From the NCBI GenBank assembly GCA_039621445.1, contig CP154954.1, positions 6,893,425-6,957,424 of the forward strand: DNA of 64,000 nt. The letters run 5' to 3'. A program made the position numbers and the translations under genes. Shown here piece by piece: positions 44,301-56,482 of this stretch. Numbering within the stretch: the first letter of the stretch is position 1; every line of letters starts with the position of its first letter. A model generated the notes under the pieces. It was not told the DNA's origin. It worked only from the letters and a program-made list of their open reading frames with translations, and searched no databases. The stretch is from Euglena gracilis. Its lineage: Eukaryota.

Positions 44301-47300
44301 GATGTTTGCACAACCCAACCACTTATACAATTTTGCAAACACACTAATTTCAGCTGACACGTACAGCCCAGTTGCACAAGTGGTCGGTGTGTGCAAATGC
44401 ACACCAATCATTTGCGCAAATGCACACACCGACCACAAATTTTTTGCAAAGACAGGGTTCAAAGCATCGTTTCAGGGTTGGTCACATCTCACCAAACCAT
44501 TCCAGCAACATCATATTAATGAGGCAGCCAGCGGAAGATTCTAAAGACACGTGCTGGGTGTTATTTACGCTGTCTACTGTGATAAACCCCCCAAATCACC
44601 CCCTCCCAAGGTATTATTTTTTCACCCGAAGTCCCGGGTAGGGGGGGGTTATTATTTGGGGGGGTAATAGCACCCCAAAAATTTCGAAATTTTTCGAAGT
44701 CCCAAGGACCCAAAATAGCACCCAAAACCCTCCTTTGGGGTCATTTTTTTGTATTTTCTCATGAAATTCAGCATTTTTGGAGGTCAGATGATCCAGAAAA
44801 AATGGATTTTTTTGTTTTTTTTTGTCAGAAGTTGTTATTTTTACGTTTTTTTAGGGCAAAATCCGGGTCGTCGGCCTGAGATTGGGGGGTGTCGCCGAAG
44901 TTGGAGCACAGGTTAGTCCGTATTTTTTTTCTCCGGGCTCATTTGGAATTAATGTGTGTAAATTCTATGTTGTGATCATTCTTTCTTCAAAGGTGGGAAT
45001 TGCAAACGAGAATACATGAGCTACGGAAATACCCTGTCTTCGAATATCCATAAGAAGATGTTCGCATTTTCTACAATGTTCAATTAATCGCGTTTTTGCA
45101 GAAGAATTTTCCATTTTCATCAAAATTTGTCATTTAATAATGAGAAGGGGGTGGCAAGTGCAGGGGAAAAAAAGGCAGTTATTTAAGCAGGTTGTTGATT
45201 GCTTTGCGATCAATTACCTACAGGTTGAAGTTGCTGTCCGTACAAAAATTTTGAGAGTCGAGCCCCCGCAGATCAATGCTTTTAGCCTTGCCCTGGGCAT
45301 TAATTCAGTTTGTGTCATTGCCAACAGCATTGAAGCATTCCATTGCATTCTGCGAAGCCACGCCCTGCGCTTTTCAGAAGAAGGGCTTGTCCGGCCGCAA
45401 GGCCCAGCCAGGCTGTTGTCGGACCAAACAGAATGAATGATAATGCTGAGAATTGGAGCACCCCACAGTTCGCGGTCGCTTGTTGTTTGGGGTTGCAGTC
45501 ATAGTCAGGACAGGGTTAGGGTTAGGGTCAGGACAGAGGCCCACAACCTGTCATGCACCATTCTTGAAAGAAGGTTGACCGGGCCATCCTGCACAGTCGC
45601 AGATTTACCGAGGAGGCACCCATGTGCCTCCCCAGAGAACTCGTTCAACACCAAAAGTGCAGGCAGGCTGTGTGGACTTTTTTGTTTTATTTTTGCATTT
45701 GCGACGTGCCACAGCCTGCCGTCGGCCCAGCCCAGTGGCCTCACCGCGGAGCGGCCGCCCCAGCCTCGCGGCAGGGGAGGCGGCCACGGCTGCGGGGACA
45801 GAGGCCGCAGCTCCACTGGCCGTTCCCACAGGTGCCGCTTCAACACACATCTGAGTGAAGTGCGCATGATGGCCGTATTCAAAAATACGCTTGAGGTTAT
45901 GTCCCAAGTTGGTTGGAGGGTTGAATCAGGTTGCGGGATATCTGCTGGATGGCTGACGGCTGAGGTGCTGGCTTTTTTTCCCGCAGAGGGGCCTCACTGC
46001 ATGCTGCTGCTCGTGGCGGTGAGCTTGGCGCTGCAGTGGGGGCTCCTGCAGTATGTCCAAGCCGAAGGCACCGTTGCAGAGCACCTCCTCAGCCAGGCAC
46101 GACCGAGACCCCACCCCATTCCCCAATGTGCTTTGCTGAAATACCCTTGTGAAGCCCGCCCCCAAGGGTTATGGTTTGGACTTTCCCCGGAGTGAATGCC
46201 TGCCATCAACACTACAGAACAGCGGCGCCGCGTCCTACAGAATGAGACCAAGGGCTAGGCAGACCGTTGATTTGTTTTTGGCTCACCCCCTGGAGGGGGG
46301 TCGGCAAGGAGTTGCCAAAAGTTCCCCACCTGACATTGACTCCACAAGAATAACTTTCGCAGAAATGGTCCAAAGCCATCATTATTTTCGATATTTGGGT
46401 GGACTGTCTGGACTGCTTGTGAGGCCTCTTGTCATTCAGCAATGGTATTCCCCCGACCTTTTTTCTGACCGAACGCAGCTTTTGTCCCCCCCCCCCAGCT
46501 TGGCTTCCCAGTTCGCTGTCGGACGCGTGCCAACAAATGCCGGCTTCCAACCCCCGCCGGCTGTCCCTCCCTTGCCGGGGACCGCTGGGCTGCGGGCGGA
46601 GCTCCGCCAGCGCCACGCGTGGACCGCCCAGGCGGCCGCAGCGCTGGGGCCCGACCCGGCGGCCGCGGAGGGGGCGGAGCCGCTGGACGTCGCCGCCCTG
46701 CAGCAGGCCGTGCAGGCCGCAATCACCCGGGGCCCCTGCCCCCTCGGCTGCCCCTCGGCCCCCGCGCAAACCGCCCCCTCCCTCCCAGAGGCGGGTTCTA
46801 ATGGGACATACAAAACACCATTTTTTCGCTGGACTTCCGGGAGGGGGCAGTGCCTGCCTGGGGTTTATTTAGCAGCCCGCTCCACACTTCTCGCCTGCTC
46901 AAAGCTGCTTCTCCAAATTGAAGCATTTCTCATTTTCTTGTGAAGTGTGGACCCATGTGATGTCAACCATGAAGCGACAGGCTTTGGTGGGGGGAACCAC
47001 TGGGGTGAAAGGCTCTCCAGTCAAATTGCGGGCCACCCCAATTCACCCCAATATCTCCCGCTCCCTGTCCAAGACCAGGAACTAAGATTTAGACCCTAAC
47101 CCTAACCCTAGAACTAAGATTAAGATGCATTTGCCATCCGTTTGCGTTTCTTTTCCATTCCATTCCACATCCCTCCTGCGTTAGAAATAAGATTTTCTCA
47201 TTTTTTTTCTGTAACAATTTTGTACTGCATTGACAATCTTTCGTGGCCAAATCATCCAAACGTAAGGGGAACATATGTTGTGTCATTGCGTGGGTGGCAG

Positions 47301-50300
47301 GATCGATTTTATCCTGTCCCAGGCTTCTGTCACGACAGAAAGAAACAAAGTTCCACGAATGTGACGTTGCCGTTAGTGTGTGTTCATTTGTCTTCCAGTT
47401 ATACCTTTCTTTTCACTGCTTTTTTGCACCATTCTTCTGTTTATTTAGTATTTCATATTTTGCATTTTTGTTCATTGTTTATTTATTTTCCCGCTTTGTT
47501 TTTTTACACCTTCTTTAATTTGGAAACCTGAGTTGACTAGTATTGCCAGTGCATAAATATATTGTTAGCATCCTGTTTTTCCCAGAGCATATATATATTG
47601 TTAGCCTCTTGCAAAAGTATGAGTTTGCAGGGGCCAGGGTTCTTTTTAAGCCAGAAAACCACCCCGGGGAGGGAGGGGTGGGTGCAGGGTTTTTTTTTTT
47701 TAGTCTTGGACCCCCGGGGGGGGAGTAGGGGTCAGACAATTGCTTAAGCACTGTCCCACCCCCCCCCCCCGGGGGGGGGGGGGGACTGGTTTTTTCAAAG
47801 TGACTGACTGGTTTTGGGCCCGGACCCCCTCCCCCCCCCCGGGGGGGGGGGGTCGGCCAGGAATCGGCAAAAGTGGCTTGAGTGACCCCGGCGCCGAAGG
47901 TGCCGGAAAAATTTTTTGGGCCTAAAATGGCCTAAAGTGACTGGAAAGTGGCCGTTTTTCTGAGTGGCCGACCCCCCCCGGGGGGTAGTGACTGGCTGGA
48001 TTTTTGAAAATGAGTGACTGACTGGTTTTTAAAAAAGTGGAGTGACCCCCCCTCCCCCCCCGGGGGTCGGTAAGCAATTGTATGGTAGGGGTGGGTGGGT
48101 CCGCACAGAGGGGGGTGGGATACACTTTTCAGCGCCAACGGCGCCGAAATTTTTTGAAAAGGGTGCTATTTTTAGCATTTTTCGCAGTTTTTTTTGGCCA
48201 TTTTAGGTAAAGGTGGGTTGGGTCCCCCGGACCCTCCCCCCCAGGGGTGGGTGGGTGGGGGGACCCCCCCCCAGTCTTAAAAAATACCCTGGGTGTGTGG
48301 GAAGCCCAGCACCCCTGGGGGGGGGTCCCAGGCTGGAGGGGTTTCGGCGCGAAGCGCCAAAATTTTTTAGGGAAATGCCCTCAGATGGCCCGATTTGGGG
48401 GGGCTCCCCCCTGGGTTCGGCACCCAGGCTGGGTGGTTGGAGGGTTTTGGAACCGCCCCTCCCCCCTGGGGTCTTTAAAAAAAAACACTGGAAGGGACCC
48501 GACTACAACGTCCTGGCGCCTTGCGATGGACGAGCCCCGCCAGCCGCGATTCCCAGCCATTCCACACAGACCCTGCCCCTCTCTGTTCGATCAAAATCAC
48601 CCCTTGTGGGCTTTTTGCATGTGGGTGTGGGTGTGGGTGTGTGGGTGTGGGTGTGTGGGTGTGGGTGTGTGGGTGTGTGCGCATGCGTGTGTCTGCATTG
48701 TCATATGGTCCAATTTTGAGTTCGTTTGAAGTCATCAAAATGTCATAAATTTATAGAATTGCAAGCCCCCGGCCCTTTGACGGCCGATGATGCATTTCGT
48801 TTGTTGTGTTTTGTCTCCTTGCGCATTTGCGGAATGGAATGCGAGTTTTGTGTTTTTTTGCGCATTGGCCCTCTGTCTTCACCGTTTTATGGCGGTAAAA
48901 CCCAGCGGGAAGGGCCACGTTTTGGTATTGATTGACAACATCAATGGTTTTGCAAAATGGGAGTCCTGGTGTGGACACCAGGCAGTGACGATGTTGGCTT
49001 ACAGCCCCGCGGAAGTTTTTGAGTTTGGTTGTGAAAGGAGTGTATGTGGTTTTTTCAGGTTGAAACGCATTGTCAGAGAACTCTGAAAACTCTCGAGGAT
49101 TTTCGCCAGTTACCATTTTGGCTCGGTAGCAGGTTAGCCACTAATGTTGAGACCCACATTGCAGCAAAAACATTGTTCTTTGTGCAATTGTGCACAGCAA
49201 CGGTTTGCGCAATTGTGCAAAGGAAACATTTTAAATGCCTCATATGCCAGCCTGTTTGGAGCTGTGATGGTTGACTCTTCAATTTGGGATGCTGGAGGAA
49301 CGATTTGGGCAGGTGAAACTGAGTTCCAAACGACGCCTATGCGTAAAATTGTACTTTCAGACATTTTTTTCCTGTAAATGACAAAACAGATGATTAAAAC
49401 CTTGGTTTGTCGGCGCAAAGCGCTGGGAAAGGAAAAGATCTTGGTTGCATGGGGGGGAACCCCCCGGCCCTGAGAGGGGGGGGGCCTCCCCCTGGGGGGG
49501 GGGGAGTTGAACCCCCCCTCTTTTTCCCCTGTACAAAACCAACGTTCATTTAATACCCAGGGGTATCAGTATGATTTGGCAACTTTTTTCAAGGCGGCAT
49601 AGTTTTTGCAGCCAGTGAGCAGGGGGGACACAGTGACCAGGCCTTAAAAAGTTGTGCACAAAAATGCACATTTCTGGAAAAATGCAAAAATGTAAGTTTA
49701 AAAGAACTTTTTCACCGTCCCGGGTGTGAATTGGCTTGGGTTAAAGGGTTTTAACTGCAATCACAGAGTGCCTCATTGAGAGGTCAAAACAGGGCGTTGC
49801 TCTTTGGCAATTTGCACAAAAGGATAATTTGAACAAAAATGTCAAAAAATTTGACATTTTTGACATAACCTTGGGATTTTTGAGTCCCAAAGGTCACAGA
49901 AGGGCCAGTCAGACAAATTCGCATATGGAAGTACATCAGAAGAAGAATACCACTGAACAATCTGAATAGGAAATTACACTGCATTCACTGAAACATCAAA
50001 CCGTCAAGAGAAGTAAATGTTGAATGTTGGTGAGTTGTACACATTGCATACACAGTTAAAACTGGCCAACACTTACTCTCGTTATAGTATGTGTGTAGCA
50101 ATAAATTCAATTAAAGGAAGTTCAACTTCCATTTTTTGACTTTGAAACTTTGAAATTGTGAGAACAATTTTACGGGTTTCAAATTTGACTCCAAAAAATG
50201 TACCAAAATTGGTGTGCAAGGTTGTAACAAAACTTTGACCTATTTTGGGACCCGTATAGGGGGTCCCCCCAAAACCCCCAAACCCCATTTTTTTCACACC

Positions 50301-51824
50301 TTCCAAAATTTCAATATTTCTCAAAATTTTGATTTTGAGAGGTTTTTGAAGCAAGATGCCATTGAAAATCCGAAAAATTTCCAAAGAGAAAAACTCTCAG
50401 TAAATTTTGAATGCTCCAAAATTTGGTCCCATTTTTTTGACCTGCCTTTTTTGATCCCCCTCCTGGTAACTAACAATTTTCAATCCTATAATTTTGGAGA
50501 TTTTTTTTGGGAAAAATGTGGTTTCCCATCAAAAAATGATGTATTTTGGGTTCCTTTTTCAAGCAATTTTCAAAAAATTTCCCCGGCCAAAATGCTTATT
50601 TTTCAGTTGAAGTGCATTGGGACAGGATTTTTTTTGCTTAAGGACCTCCCTGGCGATTGCCAAAGGAAAACACTCTGGGGAACCCAGAAATGATTTTTTT
50701 TTGGTCCTGGGCCTGTTCAAGAAGAAAAGTAAAAAATAAGACCTGTCCCAGGTTTCCAGCAACGAGTCCTAAATGAACATAGGATTTTGTTCGGGTGACG
50801 TCAGTGACATCTTTGATGCAACTCACCTGGTCTGAATACTCTCGGAAGCAGCTTTCCAATACAGTTGCGGTAAAGTGTTTAATCCTAAGGACACCCTTTG
50901 GGAGGCGTTGGTGCAGGCCTTTGCATCCATAACCTCTGCACAAGTTGCCAAGCTGTATGGTAGCACGCCCTCCCGCCTTCAATTTCTGAAGGCGGCTTGC
51001 CGGGGCCACACTCGCTGTTGAAAGCAACCCCTGGGCTTTAAACCGTCTTTGTAATGATGTTTGCAGCGCACTGGACTTATATCATGCTCCTGGAGACAAG
51101 AATGGTGTCAAAAATAATTGCAAAGTTTTTTGGGGCCGTCCAAACCTTTATGCTCAACAAACGTACAAATTTTTATGCTCCGGATTGTACTCACTCCAGC
51201 TCCATACGACTCCAGGAGAGGAATTCAAGAACAAGAAAGGTAAACAGTGGAAACACAGTGTCGAGTTCTCTGTACAGCATATCCAAGATTCAAATAGAAT
51301 GACTGTGGCGGTTCAACATACACCCCTCTGAGTGCAGATATTTTATAAGTCAGTTGATATTTGTCTCAGTACGTTCTTGGTCAACCAGTTTCTTGTTCAC
51401 CGCAGGTCTTCGTTGCAAAAAAACATGCCTTTCCATGGCGGTTCTGAAAGGAACAAGAGGTTTGCGTATTTACATTGCTCCCGTCACCCTCTCACCAAGG
51501 CCAAGTTTTTTTGACTCACCCCCCTCACCGGCCTATTTGGGGGCAAGGGTTACCAGGGTAATTGGGGATTTAAACGCAGGCAACCCATCTCGCGGTCTGC
51601 ATCGTTTTACACGAAGGGCCCGGCCTGGCCCCTCCCCCTCCCCCACCGCCGACGCATTGCTGCTCCTCGCCCGCCAGCAACAACAGCTCACCATCGCATT
51701 GCTCCTCGTGGCGGCCGGGGGCGTCGCCGCGCTGTGGACCCTAACCGTAACCCTAACCCTAACCCTCCTCCTGGTGGGCGTGGGCTACGCCGTGCACCGC
51801 TACTACAGCCAGCCTGCCACGTGA
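29316..51824 (+). CDS. GRAM + VASt (StART-like) domain lipid/sterol transfer protein with C-terminal TM segments (Aster/GRAMD1/Lam-like)
   Basis: Exons: 29316-29330 (start tentative), 29711-29884 (K/E-rich), 30824-30937 (FACAYQKSFLRQGRMYVLR), 31750-31917 (CHLAFYS..FNNAITV..FFTSFLTRDK, GRAM), ~32258-32494, 33799-33839, 34370-~34448, ~34922-35009, 36716-36808, ~37420-37488, 37794-37851 (LEDVFAALFD), 38109-38208, 39785-39916 (TRTPE), 41149-41278 (VMYGDCF..FVKSTMMRRII, VASt), 41877-42025, 45378-45405, 45724-45831, 45987-46090 (TM), 46584-46724, ~51651-51824 (TM, stop). Linker exons and attachment of the last exon are less certain. Confidence 0.85.
31975..32181. mobile_element. hAT-type MITE, family B copy 2
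   Basis: caggctg..cagcctg termini; TSD acgctgga/accctgga; internal similarity to 19004-19264. Confidence 0.8.
32643..33657. mobile_element. TA-TSD TIR element with 15-bp subterminal repeats (ggaaaaaataacatc)
   Basis: TA|ctgtcataggaaaaaataacatccggaaaaaataacatct ... gatgttattttttccggatgttattttttcctatgacag|TA. Confidence 0.85.
33053..33366. mobile_element. hAT-type MITE, family A copy 2 (nested in a TA-TSD element)
   Basis: Same TIRs as 6328-6630; perfect 8-bp TSD atcccaac. Confidence 0.9.
36821..37309. mobile_element. MITE with 7-bp TSD and internal (TTTTTGCGCA)n repeats
   Basis: TIR cag(g)n-aaatgcg / cgcattt(c)n-tg; TSD tagaagg on both sides. Confidence 0.85.
43814..44090. mobile_element. 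Foldback MITE with GG..CC termini and 8-bp TSD (Merlin-like), internal palindrome of telomere-like units
   Basis: TIR ggcagccatcctctaaatgcccc / ggggcatttagaggatggctgcc; TSD ttattatt; inner inverted arms ~43891-43938 and ~43959-44006. Confidence 0.8.
47635..48490. mobile_element. Nested CAGGG-terminated MITEs (inner copy ~47685-48291)
   Basis: Outer cagggttctttttaag..ctttaaaaaaaaacactg; inner cagggttttt..aaaataccctg with TSD ggtgggtg/ggtgtgtg; related sequence at ~24225-24838. Confidence 0.6.
50860..51021 (+). pseudogene. Decayed Tc1 transposase C-terminal fragment
   Basis: Translates ..FNPKDTLWEALVQAFASITSAQVAKLYGSTPSRLQFLKAACRGHTRC*, which aligns by eye with the 26145-26330 fragment; in-frame stop upstream. 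Confidence 0.65.
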
Positions 51825-53174
51825 CCGGGACACAGACCGGTCACATTGTCAAACATGGTCGGTCTCCCTCCCTTCTGTTCTGTTCTGTTCTGTTCCTTCC
51901 TGCCTGAGCTATCAGCTTTTTTGGCAGCATGAGAGACACCGCGTCACACTCCATAGAGTGCCGCCTCTCAATGGCTAGCACGGTTGTGTCTCTCCCCTTC
52001 CTCTGTGACGTCTGCTGTTCACACTTTTGTACATCCTTTGTCCAACGATGCTTCAACGATGAGGCCACCCCCTTCAACGCACATCTGAGAATTGCCTAGA
52101 ATTCCATCACACTGGATAAGAGCCGATGAAATTATGTCAATCTTTGGTTAAGAAATTATTTATCCCTCAAGTCCTCCCGTGGGAATGTTATCTGGTCATA
52201 CTCCCACGGTGCCTGGAGGGTGGCCACTTTGAGGGGGGGGGTGAGGGTAATAGGACCCCACCTAGGGCCCCCCTTGGCACTTTGCCATTTCGACCCAAGA
52301 TTTCCAACGAGGACATATTATTCATCAACGACGTGATTTTTCTTTGAAAAGTTTTGTTCATCAATCCGGGACCCCCAGTTAATCACGTGTAATCGCAGAA
52401 ATTTGGGTGGGTGGGTGGGTGGGTGGTTGACCCTGGGGGGGGGTCACTAACTGACCGCAAGTCTCCCCCAATCACTTAATCACTGGCCGACCCCCCCCCA
52501 TAGGGTGACTGGTTTTTTCAGATGGCTGACTGTTTCTTTGGCCCGGACCCCCCCTCCGCTAAAGTGACCCGCCGCCGAAGGATTCGGAAAATGTGGTCAA
52601 ATTTCCCTTGGATTCCAAAGTGGCTGACCCCCTGAGTGTTAAGGCTGACTGGTTTTCCAGAAGAAAGCGAGCGACTTCTTTTTGGAAGGGTGGAAGTCCT
52701 CCCCCCCCCCCCGGTGGTCTGGTCGTTTGTCAGAGTTTACCTTGGATCTCAAAGGATGTTTCCAACTGCAAACCTGTGAAGATGTCAGCGTCCTCAGTGC
52801 TGAGTGGACTGAGCGAGGCAAGAAAGCTGCCAAATGTCCATATGCAAGCCTCCTCCCTCCTTCAGGGGGTGGGGTGAAGTGGATTTGGGCGTTTTTTCTT
52901 CTTTTTGGTGCAAAGCGCCAGAATTTTTGAAACATTGAAAGTGGTACCCAAGAAGTGCTTCCACTCCCTCCGGGGTCGTAGGTGGTATCCCTGGGTGGGT
53001 GGGTGGGTGGTGGGTGGGTGGGGGACTCCCTCACCCCTCCCCAAGTGTAAGAAGAAACACCTCGTTGCAGAAAAAAGAAAAGACTTGAAAATGGGACCGA
53101 GTTCAAAGTACTCTAAAAACATGCCACCTGACCACACGTTAAACATATCACGGCCCATTCCCCACCACGTCGTC

Positions 53175-53195
53175 CACGCTCGCCTCCTCGCACAG
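53175..53195 (+). promoter_or_regulatory. Candidate 5'-UTR splice acceptor (spliced-leader trans-splicing or cis) before MGST3 copy 1
   Basis: C-rich tract ending cacag| 30 nt upstream of the ATG; a comparable ctcctttctcccag| lies at ~59743 before copy 2. Trans-splicing is inferred from the euglenozoan context only. Confidence 0.4.
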
Positions 53196-53225
53196 TGCGT
53201 TCATCTCCCCTCCAACACACCCGAA

Positions 53226-56032
53226 ATGGCTGTCTCCATCCCGGACGAGTATGGGTACGTGGTGCTGGTGATCGGCCTCTCCTGGTTCCTCAACCTGTAC
53301 CTGATGACCCTCGTGATGAACGCCCGCAAGAAGTACAATGTGCCATACCCGGCGCTGTATGCCGCCCATGGGTTCTCCCTAAACACCATCTTCCTCACAA
53401 CCAACCATCTTTCTGCACGATAGCTTACAGCTTTTCAGTTCTGTTGCACATGTGTGAGGTGGGACCCTGTGGGACCGTTTGGGCATATTAAAACCATGGC
53501 TCATGTGATGTGAAGGATGACAGGTGTGGAATGGGGTGATTTGTTTCCAGACTGTTTCGCCACCTTAACTTTGCAATGGAATATTTGGTTGTTCATCTCA
53601 TCATAAACGCCCCGATTCGCTCTGAACTGCTCACGTGGCTCAACAGTCAGGTGGTAAGAGGCCCACACCCTTTGAGTGAATGGGGAAAAATAGATTTTTG
53701 TTGCAGAATTCTGATTTTTTTGGTTATGTTAACATGGAACGGAACCACTCCATATTCGAATACACATTTCCCACCTCCATATCTTCGTTTGGTGGCACAC
53801 CAGGTTTGGCGTGCCACCCTTCCTACTGGCCAAATGCCTCCAGTACTACTTATTGGTGCCCAAAAACCCCTTGAAAATATCCAACCTCTCCCCCCCCCCC
53901 TGTGCGCAGAGGGCCTCCCCATCACCATCCATTTGCCTGGTCGGAGAGTGACGAAAATGTTGGGAGGGTTTGGAAAGCAGTCACGGGACTCATTTTCCTG
54001 GGGCACCTGGGCTTTTGTCATTGGGGGCCCTGCCAAGGTGGGACGGGCCCATGCCGGGACAGGGAGCACAAGGAGCACGAGAAGTTCAACTCCGTCCAGC
54101 GCGCTCACCAAGGCCAGGGCCGGCTGGGGAATGGCTCATTGTGGCAGACACCCTCCCCCTACCGAAGCGTCATCCCTCTCACCGGCGTCTGGAACCAGCC
54201 GCGCTGCCAATTCCTGCCCCCCCCCCCCCCCCCAATGATGGGCCAGCTGGGACTCCCGGATCACAGCAGCCAACCTTGTCAACCTTGATTTGTGGTGCTC
54301 TTCGCATGAATTCAAATTTGAATGAGATCTTGTCTCATCCCCATGGCTTATCCCCATGGCCTTGGTCGGGGTCATAAATTGCGCACATTTCCCCCCCTCT
54401 CGCTGCTCGGCCACCCCTTCCTGCCCCAGCTGCCCTGGGCGCAATACGCTGGAGTCCTGGGGGCCCGTCCAGATCCTGATGTTGGTAGACGGGCTGCTGT
54501 TCCCCGAGGGGGCCGCCGAGCGTGGGCGCTGGTCTGAAAGCATCATCAGGGGGTTTAAATTTGGGCAGCGGGAATGGGTGTTACTTTTTCACGGTCTATT
54601 TTGGGGGTTAACGCCAAACTGCTAACTCTTTAACTGTAATTCCTGACAATTATATTAGGTGCTGGAAAGCTGGCGTTCACCAACCACACGATACAGATAT
54701 TTCTTTGTTCCAAAAACCAATGGGTTGTGAAAGTCAGTGAAATGTTAATCGAGGCCTGAATTGTGTGTTTTCGCCAGCACAGATTCACTTAGTGGCTCCC
54801 CGGGGGTGGGAGCATTTTCCTGGCCAAAATTCACCCACCCACTTTTTTCGAAAACCCACACACCCACGACCCCCCCCCCCCTGGGCCCACCACCCACCCA
54901 CCCACCCACCCACCCACCCTAACTCCAGCCAAAATCGACCGAAAACGCTGAAATAAAATTTCCGGCTTGGCCTTCGACCTGGCAAAAATTGGATCCGTGG
55001 TGCACCCCACCCCGACCGTGACAAATTGGCTTGTGCTGGGAAGCCTGACAATTTCCCAGGCTTTTCCAATGGTTATTGGGCTTTGACAGCCGGGGGAGGG
55101 GGGGCTGGCACAATCTGTTCACGTATGAGCACAGATGGAAAAAAGACAAATCCAAGGAGGGCAATTCTCAAACCTACACTCATTTTGTGACGTAAAGACC
55201 GTAGAAATGCATGGGGATGCACAGCAACAGCAGTGAGTGACAGCCTGCAATGGAGATGCTTCCGCAACGCGTGCACCGCGTGGCGCACCGCGTGCACCGC
55301 GTGAGAAGATCATTTCCAAATGTGAAATTTTCACAAATTTCCACCAGTACCCCATCTGCAGTTGATTTCCGTTCTCTTTTTTGCCTGGTTTCCTGCCAAC
55401 CAGCAACTTTTGGCCTGTTTGGCTTTTTTTTGGCCATTTTTGACAACGTTTGGTATCTGCAGGTTCAAAAAATGTCTGGAAGCATTTTTCGGAGTTCAAA
55501 GTTAAATACTAACTGGAAAAGTTGGAGTAAGGCGTTATTGCACTCTGGGCTTTTGGGGTGGGCAGTGCTATGGCATCAAGGTGCTGGGTCCCCTAAAATG
55601 ACCATTTCTGAGGGGAATGCGCTTGTTTTGTGTTGTTTCGTGTTCCCAACCGGGACCCAAAATGGATTCACCCCTGAAGGTACCCATACCTCGCAGACCT
55701 GCAGGCTCCTTGGGATACGGCATGCGTGGTGTATCGGATCAGAACAATTTGTACCGGAGACCCAGACTTATCGCCTCCGCATTTTGAAGAGCCCTCTCTT
55801 CCTCAGCCGGGAGCCATCCAGGCCCCTGCCCCCTTCCGCCCGGCAGCCCTGCCCCAAGGCCGCCGCGGCGCTGGGCCTCGTGTGGGTGGCGGCGCGCTTC
55901 CTGTACGGCTGGGGCTACGCCAGCGGCGGGCCGCAGGGGCGGCGGGCGGGGGCGTACCTCTCCGCCCTGGGCTCGTTTCCGCTCATGTTCCTCGCCCTCT
56001 ACGTCGGAGCCGCCCTGGCGAAGCTTGTGTGA
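53226..56032 (+). CDS. MGST3: MAPEG family microsomal glutathione S-transferase 3-like, copy 1 (143 aa)
   Basis: Exons 53226-53363, 54058-54111, 54443-54505, 55856-56032 give [88 protein letters not shown]; FNxxQRAHQNTLE is the MGST3 hallmark. All three introns are nonconventional. Confidence 0.93.
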
Positions 56033-56249
56033 AGGCTGAGCACAGGAATTTTTTTCCCACCGTTGGATATTGCAGCGTCCAATTTCATCTATGGGGTCAA
56101 GGCTTGTGGCGGTGAATGCAACCTGGGGCAGTTGAATCAAGCAACGTCTGAAATTTTCAGGCCCCGCAAAGGGGGAGGCTTAAATTGCATCCTTACAACA
56201 ACCTCAAAATATTTCGAGATAGTGCCATCCGCCATATCACTGTAGTTAA

Positions 56250-56482
56250 CCCCCCCCCCCTCTAATAGAAGCACGGGTGCGCTTATAGTGGACCGCCGCC
56301 TCCGGCGGCGGGGGTGCACTTCTATTTGGACCCTGTCTGCGCGATTTTGGTTGATTTTCTTTAGAAATCCCATCAAAATGGGGGGGGGGTGCGCCTGTAG
56401 CAGACCGCCGCCTTCGGCGGCGGGGGTGCACTTTTATTTGGACCCTGCGCTTGTAGCGGCCCCGTGCTTCTATTAGGGGGGG
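56250..56482. mobile_element. MITE with CCC..GGG termini and TTAA-like flank (piggyBac-like)
   Basis: ttaa|(c)n-tctaatagaagcacggg ... cccgtgcttctattag(g)n|ttta; internal ~45-bp direct duplication. Confidence 0.65.

Noticed and set aside
48521-48563. Possible extra GRAM-VASt exon (LRWTSPASRDSQPF)
   Set aside because: Boundaries only partly fit the intron rule and I could not verify the frame to the last exon, so it was left out of the model.
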